The notes below the pieces were generated by a model. The model did not search any database. It saw nothing but the letters and a program-made list of their open reading frames with translations, and was not told the DNA's origin. Position numbers and translations under genes: made by a program. From positions 1 through 43,689 of IMG/VR virus record IMGVR_UViG_3300045988_038444: a stretch of DNA of 43,689 bases; one strand, written 5' to 3'. Within the stretch, counting starts at the first letter, position 1; every line of letters starts with the position of its first letter. Of the stretch, positions 1 to 6,191 are shown in pieces. The DNA comes from a virus (taxonomy: Duplodnaviria > Heunggongvirae > Uroviricota > Caudoviricetes).

Positions 1-105
1 CCTGTAGCAGCGCCTACACCAGCGGCAGCACCTGTAGCAGCGCCTACACCAGCGGCAGCACCTGTAGCAGCGCCTACACCAGCGGCAGCACCTGTAGCAG
101 CGCCT
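1..105. repeat. 30-bp tandem repeat, 3.5 copies, cut by the window start
   Basis: cctgtagcagcgcctacaccagcggcagca occurs exactly at 1, 31 and 61, with a partial copy from 91. In frame it encodes PVAAPTPAAA. Confidence 0.95.
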
Positions 106-249
106 GTGAAGGTGATGACTGAAAAAGCAGGTGGTGTAACTTACGAACAGTTTATTGCGCAAGGTTGGAACGATGAACAACTGATCGCTAACGGTTATAT
201 GGTAATGACCACCCCGGCCCCGAATTTTCTCAACGGTAACGGTTACTGA
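1..249 (+). CDS. C-terminal fragment of a repeat-containing protein; the start lies outside the window
   Basis: Frame 1 is open from base 1 to TGA 247-249. It reads (PVAAPTPAAA)x3, then a non-repetitive tail ...GVTYEQFIAQGWNDEQLIANGYMVMTTPAPNFLNGNGY. There is no start codon in the window, so it is absent from the ORF track. Confidence 0.55.
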   Translation, partial: PVAAPTPAAAPVAAPTPAAAPVAAPTPAAAPVAAPVKVMTEKAGGVTYEQFIAQGWNDEQLIANGYMVMTTPAPNFLNGNGY

Positions 250-291
250 TAGTTACTGGAACTGGGACGACATACCGCTTTAAACAGACAT

Positions 292-312
292 GGGGCCATA
301 GTGCCCCATTTA
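292..312 (+). promoter_or_regulatory. Conserved hairpin motif, copy 1 (GGGGC-CATAGT-GCCCC then ATTTA), 15 nt before the ATG at 328
   Basis: The 5-bp GC stem with a 6-nt loop can be read directly. The core CCATAGTGCCCCATTTA recurs at 595-611. Confidence 0.4.
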
Positions 313-327
313 TCAACGAGGTATAAA

Positions 328-582
328 ATGAATCAAGAACAATTTGTACAAGAACAAGAAATGTTTGAAAAATTATCTTTAGAAGACCAATTGTCATACG
401 TAAAGAAACACGGAGTGATTCAAAAAAGATTTAATAGCGTTTTAAGAACTTCCCGTGAAAATTTTGGTAAATTTTATTTCGCGTATGAAGTGCAAAACGG
501 TTATGGGTGGCGATTTGCACGCGCTTCTACAAAAGAAGAAAGTGATCGGTTATATAATGAATGGGTCAATAAGCGTTCATAA
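328..582 (+). CDS. hypothetical protein (84 aa)
   Basis: ATG 328 is preceded by GAGGT. The track ORF start at GTG 301 lies inside the hairpin motif. The gene is AT-rich. Confidence 0.6.
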   Translation: MNQEQFVQEQEMFEKLSLEDQLSYVKKHGVIQKRFNSVLRTSRENFGKFYFAYEVQNGYGWRFARASTKEESDRLYNEWVNKRS

Positions 583-590
583 CTGAAAAC

Positions 591-611
591 GGGACCATAG
601 TGCCCCATTTA
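591..611 (+). promoter_or_regulatory. Conserved hairpin motif, copy 2 (GGGAC-CATAGT-GCCCC then ATTTA), 17 nt before the DNA polymerase ATG
   Basis: Same core as 295-312, with one mismatch in the stem. Confidence 0.4.
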
Positions 612-628
612 CTTATCAGGGTTTTATT

Positions 629-2485
629 ATGTCAGATGCTTACGTTCACGATATTGAAAACTATCCTAATGTTTTTCTGTTCGGTGCTATTCACGCGTTA
701 ACTGAAACACCTTATATTTTTGAGATTTCACATCGTCGCGATGATCGTCAGGCTTTTTACCTGTTCACAGAATATTTGCGTGAACATCGTGCTGAAGAAG
801 TTGGTTATAACAATCTGGGTTACGACTATCCTGTTCAGCATTCTATTTTGAACAACATCATGTATATCACCAACGCAGACATTTACAAAAAAGGTGATTC
901 GATAATTAACGCTGGTGATGAAAATCGTTTTGCTCATATGGTGTGGGAAAAAGACTGGATAGTTCCCCAACTTGATTTGTATAAAATTCATCATTTCGAC
1001 AATCAGGCAAAACGAACAAGTCTGAAAACACTTGAATTCAATATGAGAATGGAAAACATTGAAGACCTTCCGTTTACCCCAGGGACTTATTTAACCGATT
1101 CTCAAATTGATACGCTTCGTCAATATCTGATACACGATTTGAAAGCGACTTTGATGTTTTATAAACACAGTAAAAAGCTGATAGATTTTCGTCGTGAACT
1201 TTCTGCTAAATACGGTCGTAATTTCATGAACCATAATGACACGAAAATCGGTAAAGACTATTTCATTATGGAACTTGAAAAATCAGGTATTCAATGTTTC
1301 GAACCGTGTAGCAGAAAACCACGACAGACGCACAGACCATCAATCGCATTGAACAGTGTGATTTTCCCTTATGTCCGTTTTGAACAGCCTGAATTTAATC
1401 GTGTTCTTAACTGGTTACGTCAGCAGGTCATCACTGAAACAAAAGGTGTATTTACAGATTTAAGCGCAGACATTAACGGGTTCTCGTTTGATTTTGGTAC
1501 GGGTGGTATCCACGGGTCTATTGAATCTCAAACTATCAGGTCCACTGAAAATTATGTGATCATCGATCTGGACGTTGCCAGTTTTTACCCGAACCTTGCG
1601 ATCAGTAATGAACTTTATCCGGCACATCTGGGAAAACAATTTTGCACCATTTATAAAAATGTTTACGACATGCGTTCCAGTTACCCGAAAGGTACACCAG
1701 AAAATGCAATGTTAAAACTGGCGTTAAACGGTGTGTATGGTGACAGTAATAACGTATACAGTCCATTCTACGATCCTGCTTATACAATGGCTATTACGAT
1801 TAATGGACAGTTACTTTTGTGCATGTTGGCTGAAGAACTTCTGAAAATCCCTGGTTTGTCCATGATCCAGGCTAACACAGATGGTCTTACGGTTTACGTA
1901 CCACGAGTGTTTACCGGACAAGTAGAACAGGTTCGTCACGCGTGGGAAAAATTAACCAGACTCCAGCTTGAAGAAGCGATTTATGACGTGATGTTTATTC
2001 GCGATGTAAATAATTACATCGCTGTTTATGAAGGCGGTAAGAAAGTTAAACGTAAAGGCGCTTATTGTCACAGTGTTGATCTGGGTTGGCATCAAAACCA
2101 CAGTATGCAGGTTGTTGCAAAAGCGGCTGAAGCAGCACTGGTACACAATAAAGACATTCATGATTTTATAACATCACACGAAGACATTCACGATTTCATG
2201 TTAGTGACGAAAGTACCGCGTAACAGCAAGTTATTATGGGGTGATAAACAGGTTCAGAACATTACCCGTTATTACGTCAGTACAGATGGTGCACCTTTGA
2301 CAAAAGTCATGCCACCGCTGGCAAAATCACTGAAACTGAACCCTGATGCGCCTGAACGCCGCATGTCCGTGTGCAAAGGTTGGTTGACCACTGAGTGCAA
2401 CGACATGAAACGTTTTAACCGGGCAACGCTAAATTATGATTTTTACATCAAAGAAGCTGAAAAACTCGTTGCACCACTTCGGTAA
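629..2485 (+). CDS. DNA polymerase with 3'-5' exonuclease domain (family-B-type motif order)
   Basis: 618 aa. Exonuclease motifs: HDIE, NNLGYDYP, YLIHD. Polymerase motifs: DLDVASFYPN (DxxSxYP), KLALNGVYG (KxxxNxxYG), ANTDG (TDx). Confidence 0.85.
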   Translation: MSDAYVHDIENYPNVFLFGAIHALTETPYIFEISHRRDDRQAFYLFTEYLREHRAEEVGYNNLGYDYPVQHSILNNIMYITNADIYKKGDSIINAGDENRFAHMVWEKDWIVPQLDLYKIHHFDNQAKRTSLKTLEFNMRMENIEDLPFTPGTYLTDSQIDTLRQYLIHDLKATLMFYKHSKKLIDFRRELSAKYGRNFMNHNDTKIGKDYFIMELEKSGIQCFEPCSRKPRQTHRPSIALNSVIFPYVRFEQPEFNRVLNWLRQQVITETKGVFTDLSADINGFSFDFGTGGIHGSIESQTIRSTENYVIIDLDVASFYPNLAISNELYPAHLGKQFCTIYKNVYDMRSSYPKGTPENAMLKLALNGVYGDSNNVYSPFYDPAYTMAITINGQLLLCMLAEELLKIPGLSMIQANTDGLTVYVPRVFTGQVEQVRHAWEKLTRLQLEEAIYDVMFIRDVNNYIAVYEGGKKVKRKGAYCHSVDLGWHQNHSMQVVAKAAEAALVHNKDIHDFITSHEDIHDFMLVTKVPRNSKLLWGDKQVQNITRYYVSTDGAPLTKVMPPLAKSLKLNPDAPERRMSVCKGWLTTECNDMKRFNRATLNYDFYIKEAEKLVAPLR

Positions 2486-2524
2486 ACCGTATAGAATTAT
2501 TTAAAACTTATTGAGGCGATAACA

Positions 2525-3061
2525 ATGCATACTTCACACAAATTTGTAACTGGTTCACCGATTGGTGTCTTTACTCCCGGTAAAATTTACAACCGTGTTG
2601 ACGGGTTCACCCGTGACGGTCGTTCCCGTGGTTTTTATATTGATGACCGTGGTGAATTCCGTTTAACAGATGATGATATGTTCGAACCTGCAGAACAGAT
2701 CCAACTGCGTTTACCACAGATGCCAATGTTTCCGGCCCGTCAGGAACGTCTTAAACTGGCTGCACGCTGGGGAACGTCTGAAATCAGTATCAGTAACTGG
2801 TACAAAGTTGATGACCTGATGAAACCGTGGCGCATCGGTGACGCTATCTGTGGTACTCGTGTTCTTACAGAACCTAATACAACGACGTTTAAACCCGGTG
2901 AACTGGCTGAACTGGCTAATTCCCGTGGTTATCTGCTGTCAGAATTATCCGTTCGTTGGGGGTGGCATTATGGATGTGAAACTTTACACACTATCAGCAT
3001 GGATCCGCGTCGTGTTGCGCTTATCTGGGATATGTTAGAAGGAATGAATCGTCATGACTGA
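2525..3061 (+). CDS. hypothetical protein (178 aa)
   Basis: Long ORF with GAGG upstream and coding-like composition. No motif recognised. Confidence 0.6.
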   Translation: MHTSHKFVTGSPIGVFTPGKIYNRVDGFTRDGRSRGFYIDDRGEFRLTDDDMFEPAEQIQLRLPQMPMFPARQERLKLAARWGTSEISISNWYKVDDLMKPWRIGDAICGTRVLTEPNTTTFKPGELAELANSRGYLLSELSVRWGWHYGCETLHTISMDPRRVALIWDMLEGMNRHD

Positions 3062-3401
3062 TTACAGTAAGATGGATGATAGAGATATTGATCGCCTTGT
3101 TTTGAAAGTTATTTACGGTGTTCATGCTGACGATAAAGATATCCAAGGTTGTTGGTCACGGGGCGGTTTCAAATATACCACTAATCCGACTGACGCAATG
3201 CCGATTATTATTGAAAATAAAATTAGTATTGTTTCAACAGATTCATCGTGGATCGCTTTACCTGACAATGCTGCTATTGATGGAATTACTGGTGATGCGA
3301 CAGAAATGATTTATGCGGATGACTCATGTGTTATTCACGCTAACCCACTCCGTGCCGCAATGATTGTGTTCTTACAGATGCAGGAAAACAACCATGATTA
3401 A
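3054..3401 (+). CDS. hypothetical protein (115 aa)
   Basis: The ATG overlaps the upstream stop, suggesting translational coupling. Confidence 0.55.
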   Translation: MTDYSKMDDRDIDRLVLKVIYGVHADDKDIQGCWSRGGFKYTTNPTDAMPIIIENKISIVSTDSSWIALPDNAAIDGITGDATEMIYADDSCVIHANPLRAAMIVFLQMQENNHD

Positions 3402-3744
3402 ACTCTGTTACATTGCCGGGCCTTATCGTGCTGATTGTGCGCTTAAAACATCCCGTAACGTGTCGCGCGCTGAACAGGCAGGTAAACGACTTGCTTTACA
3501 ACGTCCGGGGTGGTTCCCGGTTATCCCTCACAAGAACACCGAATTGTGGGACTTTGACGGCGGTTTACGCAATATACAACCCGAATACTACTTGTCAGGC
3601 ACATTAGAAGTTATGCGCCGTTGTGATGCCGTTCTGGTACTTCCTGATTATCGTCGTTCGTCCGGGACTATTGCGGAAATTGCAGAAGCTGAACGTCTGG
3701 GTATTCCTGTGTATTACAGTGTGGAGAGTATCCCACATGGTTGA
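3394..3744 (+). CDS. nucleoside 2-deoxyribosyltransferase-like / DUF4406-like protein
   Basis: MIKLCYIAGPYR...CDAVLVLPDYRRSSGTIAEIAEAERLGIPVY resembles that fold family (from memory). ATG 3394 follows AGGAAA. The track start at 3364 is upstream of the RBS. Confidence 0.45.
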   Translation: MIKLCYIAGPYRADCALKTSRNVSRAEQAGKRLALQRPGWFPVIPHKNTELWDFDGGLRNIQPEYYLSGTLEVMRRCDAVLVLPDYRRSSGTIAEIAEAERLGIPVYYSVESIPHG

Positions 3745-4516
3745 TGTTAAGTTATTTAATCAAGATTGTTTGTTCATGATGAACTTCATTACTGAAAAAT
3801 CTATTGATTTAATTCTTACAGATCCTCCGTATGGTACAACTGCTTGCAAATGGGATTCGATAATAGATTTAGATTTAATGTGGTCAAATTTAAATCGAAT
3901 CATTACGGATAAAGGGGCAATCGTTCTTACGGCAACACAACCATTTGCAAGTATTTTAGTAAATTCAAACATCAAAATGTTTAAATACGATTGGGTGTGG
4001 AATAAATCAAAACGAACTGATTTTGTAAGAGCAAAACTAAAACCAATGGGTGGTCACGAAAGCGTTTTGGTTTTCAGTAAAGGTTCTGTTGCGAATGGTG
4101 CATCTTCAATGATGAACTATTACCCACAAGGTTTGAAACGTATTAATAAAGTAGCTAAAAACGGCGGCGGTGGTTCTGGTTTTTTGGGTCGTAATGGTGA
4201 AAATTTAGGACCAAATAACAAGCTACACAAACCTACGTATATTCAAGAATTTACAGGATACCCATGCACTCAATTGAATATTCAGAGTGAGAATAAAACA
4301 GTTCATCCCACGCAAAAACCTGTAGAGTTAATGGAATATCTTATTTTAACTTACACAAAAGAAGGTGATACGGTTTTAGATTTCACAATGGGTAGTGGAA
4401 CAACAGGTGTTGCTGCCGTGAAAACTAATCGTAATTTTATCGGTATAGAGTTAGATAAAGAATATTTCGAAATTGCTAATAAACGTATTAATTTGGCATT
4501 GATGGGTATTTACTAA
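3737..4516 (+). CDS. DNA N6-adenine/N4-cytosine methyltransferase (beta class)
   Basis: DPPYG (motif IV) is near the N-terminus and FTMGSGTTGVAA (motif I) near the C-terminus. ATG 3737 follows GGAGAG and overlaps the upstream stop. Visibly AT-rich. Confidence 0.85.
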   Translation: MVDVKLFNQDCLFMMNFITEKSIDLILTDPPYGTTACKWDSIIDLDLMWSNLNRIITDKGAIVLTATQPFASILVNSNIKMFKYDWVWNKSKRTDFVRAKLKPMGGHESVLVFSKGSVANGASSMMNYYPQGLKRINKVAKNGGGGSGFLGRNGENLGPNNKLHKPTYIQEFTGYPCTQLNIQSENKTVHPTQKPVELMEYLILTYTKEGDTVLDFTMGSGTTGVAAVKTNRNFIGIELDKEYFEIANKRINLALMGIY

Positions 4517-4531
4517 CAAAGAGGATTGCTT

Positions 4532-4765
4532 ATGTCCACAATCGTTGAATTCAACCCTATGGATCCTGCTAAACGCCCGACAGGACGCTTTGCAAGATTG
4601 CCACAAACACGCGAACAGTTTTTTCCATTGTTAAACATGCGAGGGATTAAAACAGACCCACACGGGTTGATAGGAACATCCTTGTTTATGTACCGGACTG
4701 AATATCCGGTTCCTGCATCGTGGATTGAAGTATCGGTTGAAGATTTACTTAAGACTGTCTACTAA
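4532..4765 (+). CDS. hypothetical protein (77 aa)
   Basis: ATG 4532 follows AGAGGA. It is the last gene of the plus-strand block, and its 3' end overlaps the convergent o-spanin. Confidence 0.5.
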   Translation: MSTIVEFNPMDPAKRPTGRFARLPQTREQFFPLLNMRGIKTDPHGLIGTSLFMYRTEYPVPASWIEVSVEDLLKTVY

Positions 4766-4993
4766 CGCATTATGCATAGTTGCACATTTGAAATAAATAT
4801 CTAACCACTGGTCATTAACATCTGTTGAATCATTTCCTGTCAGACCGTTCAGCCGTGGAAGGTTTTCGGTCTGACACTTCTGAACTAATGCGGCCTGATA
4901 AACGGGCTTCTGCTTCGGTAACTCGTTCGTTGTACAGGCGTTGATATTCAGAAGTAAGACACTCATTACGAAAAACAGTATTAGTCTTTTCAT
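4745..4993 (-). CDS. o-spanin (outer-membrane lipoprotein, Rz1-like)
   Basis: Signal peptide MKRLILFFVMSVLLLNINAC with a lipobox Cys. The start lies inside the i-spanin gene in another frame and the ORF extends past it (overlapped spanin architecture). Confidence 0.75.
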   Translation of the reverse strand: MKRLILFFVMSVLLLNINACTTNELPKQKPVYQAALVQKCQTENLPRLNGLTGNDSTDVNDQWLDIYFKCATMHNALVDSLK

Positions 4994-5228
4994 GTCGTAT
5001 TTCCACGATTTTAGTATTCTGTGACCAGCCAGCTAAACCACGAAGTACATCATCCGCCAGTTCCTGTTGTGCCTTTAACCGTTGTTGTTCCCGTTGTGCA
5101 TCGTCTAAACGTTCCTGACGTTCTTCATTTACCCGTACTTTATATCCCGCGTGGTAACACGTATACGCACCTACGCTTAACACAAGAACGGTCGCAACAA
5201 CGGTGATTAACACACTACGGGTTGTCAT
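4830..5228 (-). CDS. i-spanin (Rz-like)
   Basis: N-terminal TMD (VLITVVATVLVLSVGAY) followed by a charged coiled-coil periplasmic domain. Follows the holin/endolysin genes. Confidence 0.75.
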   Translation of the reverse strand: MTTRSVLITVVATVLVLSVGAYTCYHAGYKVRVNEERQERLDDAQREQQRLKAQQELADDVLRGLAGWSQNTKIVEIRHEKTNTVFRNECLTSEYQRLYNERVTEAEARLSGRISSEVSDRKPSTAERSDRK

Positions 5229-5445
5229 TTGGCGTACCTCGTTGTTTATCTACAGCGATTTTTTTAGCACCAACATACTGACCTATACAGAAACCGAAAT
5301 AGGTTAACAACACTGTATCATCAAGTGTGCGGTCCACGGCCTGGTAAATCAGAATGCCTGTTACCACGAGGAAGCCTAAAGCCGCTTGTGCGCGGCTTAA
5401 AGAGATCCCCCCGGTTGTGTTACGTAATATACTGAATTTATCCAT
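5215..5445 (-). CDS. putative holin (two TMDs)
   Basis: From MDKFSILR... there are two hydrophobic helices (AALGFLVVTGILIYQAV, VLLTYFGFCIGQYVGA) and a basic C-terminus. It sits between the endolysin and the spanins. The track start at 5499 would overlap the endolysin. Confidence 0.55.
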   Translation of the reverse strand: MDKFSILRNTTGGISLSRAQAALGFLVVTGILIYQAVDRTLDDTVLLTYFGFCIGQYVGAKKIAVDKQRGTPNDNP

Positions 5446-5455
5446 GATTGTTATC

Positions 5456-5845
5456 TCACGCGGGATATTTCGCATGTGGTAACTGGAAGTGTGGACCATC
5501 TTTCAGTGTTTTCCAGTCACCACCCCATTCAACAGGGATATTCAGTTCTTTTGCAGCCTGTTTAAATGCAGTGGCAATTTGTTCGTAATACTTCCACTCC
5601 CACGACCCGGCAGATGTAGGATAAGCAAATACATCCACGGCGTGACCCGAAATATGGCGACTGTTCATCGTCTGACTTTTACCTGCAGCAACCAGTTGTC
5701 GTTGTCGTTCAACAGTTCGTAAACCTTCTGTGATACCGAAATCAACGGGTGATAACTGAAGTGCCCGACGCACGATTTTCACAAGATCTGAATTAACCCC
5801 TTTCAGATTATTTTCACTTCTCTGACTGAATTTAAAGTTACTCAT
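5456..5845 (-). CDS. endolysin, L-alanyl-D-glutamate peptidase (M15/VanY-like, T5-type)
   Basis: SRHISGHAVDV...WGGDW...DGPHFQL is the zinc-ligand pattern of this family. Confidence 0.85.
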   Translation of the reverse strand: MSNFKFSQRSENNLKGVNSDLVKIVRRALQLSPVDFGITEGLRTVERQRQLVAAGKSQTMNSRHISGHAVDVFAYPTSAGSWEWKYYEQIATAFKQAAKELNIPVEWGGDWKTLKDGPHFQLPHAKYPA

Positions 5846-6165
5846 TGCTTACTCCCGGTTTTACGTTGTTCCGCTTTCAAACCTTCAATAACAACTTTCA
5901 GGTCATTTGTTGACTGTGTTAGCTCTTTAACACTGGTGAGGATTTCAGCGTTCTGTGTTGCCTGATATTCAATTTTGATATCATGGACATCTACACGGGA
6001 TTCCACTCGTTTTGCCAGATTGAGCGCCTCGTGCGCATAGGTTTTTGCATCTACAATATCTTTTTCATTAGAATTGATTTGGTTTTGAGTTACCCCGTAA
6101 CCTACCAACCCCGTGGCAACAAATGCTATTATAGGCCAATACCTCAACACTGGGTTATCAGACAT
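5842..6165 (-). CDS. membrane-anchored coiled-coil protein; first gene of the lysis cassette (holin/antiholin candidate)
   Basis: Single N-terminal TMD (YWPIIAFVATGLVGYGV) followed by a coiled coil. Its stop overlaps the endolysin start. Confidence 0.4.
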   Translation of the reverse strand: MSDNPVLRYWPIIAFVATGLVGYGVTQNQINSNEKDIVDAKTYAHEALNLAKRVESRVDVHDIKIEYQATQNAEILTSVKELTQSTNDLKVVIEGLKAEQRKTGSKQ

Positions 6166-6191
6166 TGTTCTACACTCCTGGAGACTTAAAG

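Noticed and set aside
1-120. Simple circular junction joining base 43689 directly to base 1
   Set aside because: The direct join shifts the downstream part into a frame reading TCSSAYTSGS... with a stop at 118-120. That abandons the well-formed frame-1 C-terminal domain ending at 249, so sequence is probably missing or collapsed in the repeats.
3623-3736. Upstream extensions of track ORFs (for example 3623, 301, 3364, 35355, 38156, 41350, 42447, 31369, 21132, 21250)
   Set aside because: The track takes the longest ATG/GTG/TTG ORF. In each case the extension overlaps the previous gene, a promoter hexamer or a hairpin, and a downstream ATG with a proper RBS starts the protein-like sequence.
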